Below are positions 1 through 11,057 of a stretch of DNA of 64,000 bases, piece after piece. The DNA is from Leucoraja ocellata (taxonomy: Eukaryota). The first letter of the stretch is position 1. Every line of letters begins with the position of its first letter. The stretch spans positions 930,001 through 994,000 of the forward strand of contig JAWMAR010000384.1 in NCBI GenBank assembly GCA_036785375.1, read 5' to 3'. The notes beneath the pieces are model-generated. The model did no database searches. It saw only the letters and a program-made list of their open reading frames with translations, and was not told the origin of the DNA. Made by a program: the position numbers and the translations under genes.

Positions 1-930
1 GGCCCTTCGAGCCAGCACCGCCATTCATTGCGATCTTAGCTGATCGTCCCCAATCAATAACACGTGCCTGCCTTCTCCCCATATCCCTTGATTCCACTAG
101 CCTCTAGAGCTCTATCTAACTCTCTCTTAAATCCATCCAGTGATTTGGCCTCCACTGCCCTCTGTGGCAGGGAATTTCACAAATTCACAACTCTCTGGGT
201 GAAAACGTTTTTTCTCACCTCAGTCTTAAATGACCTCCAAGACTGTGGCCCCTGGTTCTGGACTGGCCCAGCATTGGGAACATTGTTCCTGCATCTAGCT
301 TGTGCAGTCCTTTTTTATAAATTTATATGTTTCTATAAGATACCCCCTCATCCTTCTAAACTCCAGCGAATACAAGCCTAGTATTTTCAATCTTTCCTCA
401 TAGGACAGTCCCGCCATCCCAGGGATCAATCTCGTGAACCTACGCTGCATTGCTTCAATCACAAGGATGTCCTTCCTCAGATTAGGAGACCAAAACTGTA
501 CGTAATACTCCAGATGTGGTCACCCTGCAACCACCTAACATCATCTTCACAGTTCACACTGCCACCCAGCTTTGTGTCATTATCAAAGGCTTTCTGAATG
601 TCTAGATATACTAAATCCACTGGCTCCCCTTCATCCATTTTACTTGTCATATCCTCAAAAAAATCCAGAAGATTAGTCAAGGATGATTTCCCTTTCATAA
701 ATCCATGTTGACTTGGACTAATCCTTTTACTGCTATCCAAATGCCCCATTATTACATATTTAATAATTGACTCCAGCATCTTTCCCACCACCGAAGTCAG
801 GCTAACTGGTCTGTAATTCCCCGTTTTCTCTCTCACTCCTTTCTTGAAAAGTGGGATAACATTAGCAATCCTCCAATCCACAGGAAATGATCCTCAATCT
901 ATTGAACACTGGAAAATGATCACCAGTGCG
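1..930 (-). mobile_element. CR1 LINE fragment, internally deleted
   Basis: ORF 477..881 carries CR1 RT motifs (DWRIANVIPLFKKG, NYRPVSLTSVVGK, QHGF, YLD) followed by CR1 3' sequence. Confidence 0.9.
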
Positions 931-1692
931 CCCAGATTTTTTCCATTTCGGGAGAGAATTCACTTTTCATTCCAAGTATCCACTCCATACATTTCGTCGT
1001 GTTTATGAACCCATTTTTAATAAAATCCTTCTCCCCGCCCCCCCCCCCCCCCCCCGCCCGACAATTAAAAAAAACAGCTCTCACCCATAGAATATTGTTG
1101 AACTTTCCATCGTGTGATGTCACAATTCCCAATGCTCACAGATGTCCAATCGGAATGGATCAATTTACATATGCCTTTGCAACAGCCCCCGCCCCAGCCC
1201 CTCCCCCCACCCCCGCAGCTTGTGTCGAAGCGCGTCATCACGTGTGTGGGAATAGAGACAGAGGATTGGGGGTGATAGGGAATGGGGAACAGATGGACTT
1301 CCCTACCCCTCCCCCTTCCACTCTCCGTCCCCACTATTTCCCCTCTCTCCCCCCCACCCCTCTCCCCCTCACTCCATACTCTCCCCCTCCCTCCCCTACC
1401 CCATCTCCCTCCTCCCCTCCCTCAGCAGTCTTACACTTATCTCCCCCACCCCCCATCCCCCACTCCTCCCCCATCTCCCTCCCCCACCCCTCTCTCTCCC
1501 CCTCCCTTCTCTTTCGCTCCCACTCTTCCCCCTCTCTCCGCTCTCCCACTCCCTCCACACTTCCCCCCCCTCTCTACCCCCTACTCCTGGTTTGTGGTTA
1601 GTGTGAGTGTGATGCCCCAGCCCCCCCCCCCCCCTCTTCCCCCGCAAACGCGCGTTGGGGAAACAGACCCAACGGGTCTGCACTTGGTCTAG
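931..1692 (+). mobile_element. Non-autonomous Helitron, 5'-truncated, with long polypyrimidine tract
   Basis: Ends in hairpin CAGACCC-aac-GGGTCTG then ...TCTAG|T; internal sequence homologous to 55922-56542. Confidence 0.75.
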
Positions 1693-1959
1693 TATAATAT
1701 TAAAACTATGTGGCTGGCTGCTGGCTGGCTGTGTTTCTGCCTGACTTGTGGTTCCCAGCCTGTGGCTGCCAGCCTTGATTCGTTGCTACGCCAACACCAG
1801 ACCCACAAATGCCCAGAATGTTTCCATTTCGGTAGAGGTTTCATTTTTCATTCCAAGTATCCACTCCTGATTAAATTTCGTCGTGTTTATGTACAAATTT
1901 TAAATAAATTCCTTCTCCACGCCCCCCCCCCCCTCCCAACGGGTCTGCACTTCGTCTAG
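1693..1959 (+). mobile_element. Second short non-autonomous Helitron, head-to-tail with the first
   Basis: Begins (tctag)TATAATATTAAAACT; shares the core ttccatttcgg..ttccaagtatccactcc..tttcgtcgtgttt; ends cccaacgggtctgcacttcgtCTAG|T. Confidence 0.72.
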
Positions 1960-3100
1960 TTTAATTTACAACCACCTGTTCAGCAGTGGCAAGCCTGCCT
2001 GCCAGAATGCTGGTCCCCCGTCTGTTAAAGTGCAATCCGTCTTTTTTGTACGGTTCCCCCTTACTCCAAAACATATCTCAGTGGTCTAAGAATCTAAATC
2101 CCTGCCCCTGCACCAGTTCCTCAGCCATACATTCAGGTCCCGTATCTCCCTGTTCCTGCTCTCGCCAGCATGACGAACTGGAAGCTAACCGAAGATAACC
2201 ACCCTGGAGGTTTCAGCATTTTCAGCAATTTTCCGAGTTCTCCAAAACGAAACAGACCTTAACCAACATTAGATACAACATGCTGGAGTGACTCAGTGGG
2301 ACAGGCAACATCTCTGGACAGAAGGAATGTGTGACCTTTCCGGTCGAGACCCTGCTTCAGACCCGAAACGTCACCCATTTCTTCTATCTAGAGACGTTTC
2401 CTGTCCCGCTGCGTTACTCGAGCATTTTGTATCGATCTGCGATTTAAACCAGCATCTGCAGTTCCTTTCTACACGTTAACTAACACTGTCGGTTTATTGA
2501 ATCCCTATCCATTGATTTATTTTGGGGATTAATGTGTTGTTGGCCAGAAACTGCATCGATTTCCTATCCCTATCTATTGCTCAAATTCCCTTAGTGAAGA
2601 TAAGCCGCTTTACTTAGGAGTCCAGGGCCGAAGTATTATATAATATAGTTTATTAAAGTAGGCGAGCGGGCGTTTGAAGGGGGCACACTTTGCATGTATT
2701 TTTTAAACAGAAAGTGTGCAACGCTTTGCTAGAAGAAGCGGTGTAAGTAGATACCCAGCAAGGTTCAAGAGGCATTTAGGCAAACACGTGAACAGATAGG
2801 GAATGGAGGGATATAGACATTATATATGGCAGGCAGATGACATTGGCATTAGGTTCGCACAGACATTGTGGGCCATCGTGGAGAGATCTGAAGTTATGAC
2901 ACTGACATCGTGTTTAACAGCATTCACGCGGATGATGAGCGAGAGAGGTCGACAGCATTTATACATGGCATGAGTGTAAGTGCATGATGTTCTCGCCGGT
3001 CCTGGCGCTCACACATAGACATCTTCGAAAGGCAACGGTAAAATATTGTAATGACATTACGAGACAGGAGAAAATGCGGCCTTTTGGGTCAGTACCTGTC

Positions 3101-3558
3101 ACAGAGGGCAGTGGAGGCCAAATCACTGGATGGATTTAAGAGAGAGTTAGAGCTCTAGAGGCTAGTGGAATCAAGGGATATGGGCAGATGGCAGGCACGG
3201 GTTATTGATTGGGGACGATCAGCCATGATCTCATTGAATGGCGGTGCTGGCTCGAAGGGCCGAATGGCCTCCTTCTGCGCCTACTTTCTATGTTTCTATG
3301 TCTCTATGAAAAGATTCAGAACAAATGAGAACCGATATCGATGACCAGGGAATGGTGGAGCTCACAATGGATAACCAGGACACTACGGGAACAGAAGGAA
3401 AAGGCAAGGCCGGGAAGACTCAAACCTTTGTTTTCGGCTCCTTCATTACAAGCCGCAGAAGAAATTGGGAAGAAAATGGGCATGATAATGGCAGCCCGAG
3501 AATAACCGGAATTGGTCCCTTTGAACAGGGAAGGTATAATGGTGATTTGAATGAGGGG
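3101..3558 (+). repeat. CR1 3' end plus about 250 bp non-CR1 flank; inverted paralog of 10800-11268
   Basis: Reverse-complement similarity spans the CR1 tail/flank junction (atgaaaagattcagaacaaatgaga); ORFs 3325..3597 (+) and 10795..11040 (-) align. Confidence 0.9.
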
Positions 3559-3709
3559 CATAGTCAAGGCGTTTTAATTGACCATTTTCCCGAGTGAAAG
3601 TAGGCTCAGTATTTACAGATTTAGAGGAATTTCCAAAATAACTAACCATCAGATGAGCAATTGCAGATATGTGACCATTTAGAAAAGATAAGACACATAA
3701 TGAGATCAT

Positions 3710-4107
3710 GGCTGAAACTTACAAAATTCTTAGGGGGTTGGACAGGCTAGATGCAGGAAGATTGTTCCCGACGTTGGGGAGGTCCAGGACAGAGGGTCAC
3801 AGTTTAAGGAAAGGGGGGGAAATCTTTTGGGACTGAGATGAGGAAAACATGTTTTCACACATCTCTGGAATCTCTGAAATTCTCTGCCACAGAAGGTAGT
3901 TGAGGCCAGTTCATTGGCTATATGTAAGAGGGAGTTAGATGTGGCCCTTGTGGCTAAAGGGATCAGGGGGTATGGAGAGAAGGCTGGTGCAGGATACTGA
4001 GTTGGATGATCAGCCATGATCATATTGAATAGCGGTGCAGGCTCGAAGGGCCGAATGGCCTACTCCTGCACCTATTTTCTAAGTTTCTATGTTTCTATGT
4101 TTCTATA
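3710..4107 (+). mobile_element. CR1 LINE 3' end
   Basis: CR1 3' UTR (ggctcgaagggccgaatggcctactcctgc) with (tttctatg)n tail. Confidence 0.85.
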
Positions 4108-5325
4108 AAGCTGGAGTAAATTAGCGGGTCTGCCAGCATCTCTGGAGAAAATGAATAGGTGACATTTCGGATCGAGACCTTTCTTCAAACAGTCTGAAGA
4201 AGGGTCTCGCCCCAAAACGTCACCGATTCCTTTTCTCCAGAGATGCTTTCTGACCCGCTGATTTACTCCAGATCTTTGTGTCTACCTTTGCTTTAAACCA
4301 GCATCTGCAACTTCTTCCCATTCTTTCAGACTCAAGCCCAGGTTGCTCATGTAACGTGAAAATAATTGGGAATAAAGCTTGGAATAAGTGAAAAGCGATT
4401 TGTGACAGAGGTCAGGGGTTTGTCCGTGACTGATTGTCCTCTAACTATAGCATATAGTTCCCTCATTGTTCGCTATTAACCCCGCCCCCGTCCTATTCTC
4501 ACCCCCCCCCCTCTCTCTCTTTCTGCACGTGTCTATATGAAGCTGCCGTGCACTCATCGCATCTTTCTGTAGATATTATCCTGCTTTATTGAGAGTGTTG
4601 TTACCCAGTTCCAGTGTAATACCACCGTGAGACACGTGCACGCCACATACAAACTCAGTGGCAGTTCTGCTAACGCCAATAATCACCCCGTGTCTTTAAA
4701 GCTGACAATCAGAAGAAATAAAGAAGAAATAAGGAGTAATGTTTGTAAATATTTAAATACAAACCCCGTCACCGATTAGTGTGAAAGTCACGGCCTTCTG
4801 TGATGAAGGAGTTTATGGCGTTTCCAAATTTCCAGATTTCCACGTACGGCCACGTATTTTTATTTAATTATGTAGCGGTACACCTTGTGAACAAAGACAT
4901 ATTTAACAAACCCTGAACGCACGAGGCTGGTAGGGACGTTTTTGATTTTTTTTAAACAGCCTGAAACGTCTAATCTATTTCTCACTTCCCACATACCGCC
5001 CGACTTACTGAGTATGAACAGTATTTTCTGTTTATTTCTGTGATAATTTGGGGTTTAAGACCACGTTTGCCCTGCTTGGTTTGTACGGTTCTTTGGCTGA
5101 ATCATGTTGCACAAGAACTGACAAAGCGCTGTAGAACGCGTGGTATACATGGACGAGTGGCTCACGACTGTTGTACGATTGTAATTAGTGATCGAAATAG
5201 AGAATCAAAATCAGTGTTGCTGGCTCAAATCTACGAGACAAGACAACCCGTGTTAAGTCATCATTGTTCGGGTCAGAAACAACACTGAGGGAATCAACAA
5301 TGCATTTGAAATGCGTTTTTTAAAC

Positions 5326-5331
5326 TTTATT
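5326..5331 (-). terminator. Probable polyadenylation signal of the Ig light chain gene
   Basis: AATAAA on minus strand about 265 nt downstream of the stop codon. Confidence 0.6.
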
Positions 5332-5594
5332 CAACGGCTACAAAGATACCATGGGTATAATAACAACATCCATGCTGTTGGATAACGCAATTGAATCTAC
5401 TTGATGCTTCATTCAAGAACGACATTCTTTCGAAAGAACTACATTTAAAGTGAACGTCATAAAAATCGAAGTTTCAACTACAAATAGCATTTCTGAACGG
5501 AAAAACTGAAGTCCAATACATTACTAACTTTGTCACATGAACGAACCCAATGATGATAAACTAACTTAGTCAGGTCAGCCTCACGTTACCAACA

Positions 5595-5917
5595 TCAGAT
5601 ACAGCTGGATCTCTCGATAGTTGTCTTAAGTGGGTTTGCCTGAGCCTGGTGTTTAACCACACAGGAGTAAAGCTGGTGTAAGTTCCAGTCTGAGGCTGTC
5701 AGAGTCAGGTAACTGCTGAGACTGAACGTGTTGTCCTTATCCTGCTGGATCGGGCTGGTCTCAACGTCGCTATTTTTTGCACTGCCGTCGACTGTCCATT
5801 CAACGGCCACCGAGCCCGGATTAAAGCCGTTCACCAAACACATCAGGGTGGCGGTGCCCTTTGAGGTAACTTCATCGGCTGAAGGCGGCAGGACCGTCAC
5901 GATCGGTGCCCGAGGAT
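5595..5917 (-). CDS. Ig light chain constant exon (C1-set)
   Basis: Acceptor cttcttattaaacAG; both intradomain Cys, conserved W, and penultimate interchain Cys (SSCI*); matches ORF 5595..5900. Confidence 0.96.
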
Positions 5918-7351
5918 CTGTTTAATAAGAAGTCACATTTAATTGGAGAAATGCTGTCCTTGAGATATGAAATGAAATGAAAATGAAATGATTCAATTTA
6001 TTGTCATTGTCAGTGTACAGTACAGAGACAACGAAATCATTATTTACCGAAAATACATCTCATTAAAGCACTCATTTATTCATTTATAAAAATGTCGTTT
6101 TATTCTCGACCTATTTCAAACCATTATAGTGTGTTTATTGTAATTGGGTGAACAATAAATAAAGTGCGTGAAAGCAACTAAAATAGATCCTGTCTACCCT
6201 CTGTATAAACACCGGGAAACCATCTGTGATACATCATGGCTGCAGTATTTTATAAAACTGAATACATTATTATAACTTTTATAATGTTCATTTTACTACA
6301 CATTCCGGATTTACATTTATTTAAATATATCAGCAGATATAAACGATTCGCGGTCGCGACATTTATAATAACAGATTTAAACTTATTTAATTGTCGGCAC
6401 CATTGAGGTGGAGGGTGAAGCTATTTATGTTCGGCAAAAATATATGGAAACTTGTCTTCGAAGGCCACGGTCACCGATTCGCAGATATAGTTCACAAGCA
6501 AGAATTACATTGTAGTTCGAATGTTCATTTAAATTTGAAATACACGGCTGCGTCCACGAAACGCTGCTCTACGTATTAACACAATCTCTGAAGGAAATGT
6601 GCGAACTTTCTCCTTTCGCATTTGGCATTTTGATATCCTTGTTCACCCGTCAACCGGATTTTTGACAGTGTTGAATATTAACGTTGGTGAACCCCGTTAC
6701 CCAAGCAATTTCCTTTCATATCTGGACAATCACTACAAATATTTCCGCAATTTATTGAACGAAGCTCAAGACAAAGCATTAGCTCGCTTTCCCAGTCATT
6801 AGCATTAGCGCGCTGTTCGAAGAATATATTTTACTTACCGCCAATACCCAGCCTCGTTCCTTTACCGAAATATAAAGCACTATCCCATTTGGCACAGTAA
6901 TAGTCAGCAGCATCCACCGATTGAACGCTAGATATTGCGAATGTTACAGAGCTGCCTGACACCGAGATGGAAAAACGGTCTGGAATGTCCGTGCCTTTAT
7001 CAATGGTGCCGCCGGTAGTATGTTGGAATAGATACTTGGGACTTTTGCCAGGAATCTGTTGGTACCACGAGACATAGTTAGCGCCTGAACTGGAACCCGA
7101 TATGGTGCAGGGTATTTGTATTTTCTGTCCCGTAGAGGTGGACATCGAAGGCGGCTGAGTTACTGTAACAGCCGCGCTTATGTCTGAGAAAGGAGAAATA
7201 TCAGAAAAAAAGAAATTGTTAAGTTTGTTGAAGTGTGGGAGATAATCCCAAATTAATGGTGAACAGAAATAAATATAATATCCAGGGAAGTAAAATACTC
7301 ACAAACTGCGCAAAACACCAACGCACCGACAACACGGATCCAATAAGACAT
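5595..7351 (-). CDS. Immunoglobulin light chain, lambda-type (cartilaginous-fish type II/NS3-like), germline-joined VJ; join(7303..7351, 6839..7183, 5595..5917)
   Basis: Three exons with phase-1 GT-AG junctions give an uninterrupted ORF: leader MSYWIRVVGALVFCAVYISA, V AVTVTQPPSMSTSTGQKIQIPC..WYQQIPG..DYYC, CDR3 AKWDSALY, J FGKGTRL, C DPRAPIVTVLPPS..TATLMCLV..YSCVVKH..RSSCI. The C domain resembles shark lambda-type C regions from memory; isotype not tested by search. Confidence 0.93.
6839..7183 (-). CDS. Ig light chain fused V-J exon
   Basis: Acceptor tttctcctttctcAG; Ig V motifs (C, WYQQ, DYYC) continue in frame into FGxG J motif; GTAAGT donor at 6838-6833; no heptamer-spacer-nonamer between V and J. 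Confidence 0.95.
7303..7351 (-). CDS. Ig light chain leader exon
   Basis: ATG at 7351-7349; 49 nt encoding hydrophobic MSYWIRVVGALVFCAV; GTGAGT donor at 7302-7297. Confidence 0.9.
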
Positions 7352-7424
7352 GTTCATTAACCGACTGAGCTCCGATGGGGCGGCAGTTTCCAGTTCAAGT
7401 GGTGTGTAATCTTGCTCTCTGGCT

Positions 7425-7510
7425 CTCTTTATAAATGGAATGACGACATGTCACCGTGTGTTTAATTATCCAAACCAATCAAACCGGTATGCTCGTCGAA
7501 GCCAATCAGA
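7425..7510 (-). promoter_or_regulatory. Ig light chain promoter (TATA box, two CCAAT motifs)
   Basis: TATAAA on minus strand at 7433-7428, about 80 nt upstream of ATG; CCAAT motifs near 7476 and 7502 (plus-strand reading). Confidence 0.55.
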
Positions 7511-8499
7511 AATTGCCAGATTCTTCCTCAAAATATTCGCCCCTGTGAAACACGCAGGTCTTATTTTAGAGACTTGTGTTTCTAAAAAGCTTCATACATC
7601 CAGCAGAATGAAAAGGATTGTCACAGTTGTCCCTTCTTTATAAACAATCTACTAATGTTCTGTATGAACCCTCCGCATATATACACTAAACAGAATGCGA
7701 GTTTTAAATATTATATTCGGTAACTGTTTAATCAACAATGAAAACGGAATAGAAATATTTTATCTAAACGGACCAACTGAATCCGTATCGCTGATTTCCT
7801 TCGCTCCCTCACCCGCTGAGTTTCTCCAGCATTTTTGTCTACCTCCGTATCGCTGAACATAACATGATCACAGTCACAGCATCAGCACTGTTTTATTAAA
7901 AAGCGCATTGAATGTATATTTAGATATCTTTGTCATTTTAGAAATGATAAACCCCACAGGCTGCCCTTCTACTTGTGTATCAGATCATTTAGAAAGGACC
8001 TGGGGAGAAAGAACATCACTACAGATGTCAGTAAAGTTGCAGTTTTGGAGGCAACTTAGACTACCCGATGTGTGTCGTGCTTGGAAAAGCGGTCTGTGAT
8101 ACTCTCCTATTGTAATGCGCAGTAATTCACGAGACTTGCCTCGACTCAAAGTTGAAAGGTTGCCTGTACCAAATTAATGCATGTATGAGTGAAGTAAAAG
8201 GGGTCATATTGGCTCTCACCGACCACTTCCAGAGTTATTTCGACTTTGTAGTACGACTGGACGACAGGAATTCTACACACAGCACATCCATATTCAATTA
8301 AAGTTGTATAGAACACGGGCACTCCAGCTATCTGGCAAAACTGACAAGGGACAAACGCGAAGAGCGATTTTCGGGAAATAGCGGGTAAGAAAAAGAATTA
8401 CCACGAATAATTGTCCTTAAAGTGTCATTAAACTAGATTAGTTTAGCAGTGAACATGACTGGTCAGCGATCCATTAACTTAACCGTTCATCCTTTCACC

Positions 8500-8703
8500 A
8501 CTACGTTTTCTCCATGACCTGCCTGGGATTTCCCTGGTAGCTCCGGTTTCCTCCCACACTACAAAGACAGATTGGTAGGTTCATTGGCTTGGGCAAATTA
8601 TATATTGTCCCTAAAGTGTGTAGGATCATGTTAATGTGCGGGGACTGGTGATCAGTGGGTAGAAGGGCCTGTTTAGGCGCTGTATCTCCAAATTAAACTA
8701 AAG
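8500..8703 (+). mobile_element. HE1-type shark SINE fragment
   Basis: Core gctccggtttcctcccaca..aaagac, and 3' gaagggcctgttt..gctgtatctc..taaactaaa; related copies near 18700-18910 and 63200-63460. Confidence 0.65.
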
Positions 8704-8949
8704 TGACTACAATATGTACCATCTTCAGAATGAGCTGTAATTGCGCGCATTAGCCACTCTGAACGTCGGCATGTCACTACGATAAGCAAGTTTACCTAAT
8801 GTTTGTTTACACTGGTCCCTGCTCTCACCCTTCTCTCACTGCTGCACGTTTTAAAACTTTGCAACGTGAACACGCGAAAGATTGCACTGGCTCATGGCTG
8901 CTCATTATTACCTCCCCAAACGCCGATCCGCAGAAGCTGCAGGATGCCC

Positions 8950-9885
8950 CATAGAGTCAAAGAGAGTCATAGAATCACAGAGAGTGGAAACAGGCCCCTC
9001 GGCCCACCTTTCCCACATCGGCCAACATGTCCCATCCACACTAGTCCCACCTGCCCGTATTGGGTCCATATTCCTCCAAATCTGTCATATCCATGTACAT
9101 GTCTTACTGTTTTGTTAAACGTTGGGATAGTCCCTGGCACAACTACCTCCTCTGGCTGCTTGTTCCATACACCCACCACCCTGTGAGAAAAATTGACCCC
9201 TCAGATTCCTATTGAATCTTTGCCCTGTCACCATAAACCTGGTCCTCGATTCACCTACTCTGGACAAGGGACTGTGCATCTACCCGATCTATTCCTCTCA
9301 CGACCCTATACACCTCTATGAGATTTCCCCTCATCCTCTTGCGCTCCAAGGAATAGAGTTTCAGCCAATTCAACCCTTCCCTATACCTCAGACCCTCTAG
9401 TCACGGCAACATCCTCGTAAATCTTCTCTGTACCCTTTCCAGCTTGTCGAAATCTTTCCTATAGGATGGTGCCCAGACTGAACACAATAATCTAAATGTG
9501 ATGTCACCAACGTCTTATACATCTGCCACACGACCTCCCAATCTCTATACTCATTACTCTGGCTGATGAAGGCCAATGTGCCAAAAGCCTTTTTGACCAC
9601 CCGATCTACCTCGACTGCATAGGTCCTGCCCATGTTAAGCTTCCCAAAATAAAACACTTCACATTTCTGTGCATTATATTCCATCAACCATTCCTCAGCC
9701 TACCTGGCCAATTGATCCAGATCCTGCTGCACTTTTTCACAACCATCTCCACTATCTGCAAAACCTCCCACGTTTGTATCATCTGCAAACCTGCTAATCT
9801 TACCAAGTATGATCCCATTCAAATCATTGATATAGATGACAAACGTTAACGGGCCCAACACCGAACCCTGAGGCACACCCCGTGT
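8950..9885 (-). mobile_element. CR1 LINE fragments
   Basis: Degenerate RT motifs GVPQGSVLGP..YINDL..KISRFADDT (ORF 9700..10050) and CR1 3' region. Confidence 0.85.
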
Positions 9886-10039
9886 TACTCCAGCACTTTC
9901 TGTTTTATCATGATTCCAGCATCCGCAGTTCCTTGTGCCTCTGTGTTCCCATATTTGGATGGGCAATAAATACTGCGTTGCCAGAGACGCGATCATCCTA
10001 CAAATGAATAACGTTGATGAATTCGATGTGACCAAGTGA

Positions 10040-10790
10040 GATAGAAACATAGATAATAGGTGCAGGAGGAGGCCATTTGGCCCTTCGAGCCTGCACCGCT
10101 ATTCATCGTGATCATGGCTGATCATCCACAATCAGTAACCCTTGCTGCCTTCTCCCCATATCCCTTGATTCCGTTAGCACCGAGACCTCTATCTAGCTCT
10201 TATAAAATCATCCCGTGAAAAGGAATTTACTGCCTTCTGTTGCCGAGTATTTCACAAATTCACAACTCTCCAGGTGAAAGTTTTTTTGCCTCTCAGTTTT
10301 AAATGGCCTCCCTTTTATTCTTGGACTGCGGCCCCTGGTTCTGGATTTTACATGATTTTTCCTGGATCTGAAACTTTTGAGGATGTAACAAGTAGAATGG
10401 AAAAGGCAGAGCCAGTTGATGTGTTGTATCTGTACTTTCAAAAATCCTTTGACAAGGTCCCACACAAGAGATGAGCGTGAAAAATTAGAGTACATGGTAT
10501 TGGGAGTAGGGTATTGACATGGATAAGGAACTGGTTGGCTGGCAGGAAGCAAAGAGAAGGAATTAATGGGTCCTTTTCAGAATGGCAGTGACTAGTGGGG
10601 CAGTGACTAGTGGGGTGTCGCAAGGCTCAGTGCTGGATCCCCAGTTATTTACAATGTATACAAACGCTCTTGATTAGGGAATTATAAGTAACATTTCCAA
10701 GTTTGCGGATGACCCAAAGCTGGGTGTCAGTGTGAGCTGTGACGAAGGTGGTATGGGGCTGTAGGGTGACTTGGATATAGGTTGGGTGAG
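10040..10790. mobile_element. Two abutting CR1 fragments in opposite orientation
   Basis: 10040-10360 is a minus-strand 3' UTR; 10370-10790 is a plus-strand RT piece (FEDVTS..VDVLYLYFQKSFDKVPHKR). Confidence 0.8.
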
Positions 10791-11057
10791 CGGACTAACG
10801 TCCCTCATTCAAATCGCCATTATACCTTCCCTGTTCAAAGGAACCAATTCCGATTACTCTCGAGCAGCCATGATCATGCCCAATTTCTTCCCAATTTCTT
10901 CTGCGGCTTGTAATTTTTCTGAAGAAGCCAACAGCAGACATTTGAGTGTTCCCGGCTTTGCCTTTTTCTCCCGTTCCCCTAGTGTCCTGGTTATCCATTG
11001 TGAGCTCCACCTTTCCCTGATCGTCGATACCGGGTCTCATTTGTTCTGAATCTTTTC

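Noticed and set aside
999-1692. Proline-rich and Gly/Glu-rich ORFs of 74-200 aa
   Set aside because: Translations of a low-complexity polypyrimidine tract inside a Helitron.
3325-3597. Paired ORFs (3325..3597 + and 10795..11040 -) that look like a small novel gene family
   Set aside because: The similarity is explained by the DNA-level inverted duplication; both strands are open, and there is no recognisable domain, splice or promoter context.
6893-6899. Heptamer-like CACAGTA at the 3' end of V (possible cryptic RSS)
   Set aside because: It is forced by the Tyr-Cys codons, and there is no nonamer at 12- or 23-bp spacing.
7179-7185. Midpoint of the inverted duplication falls at the V-exon acceptor
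   Set aside because: The intervening sequence is not symmetric and contains later insertions; likely coincidence.
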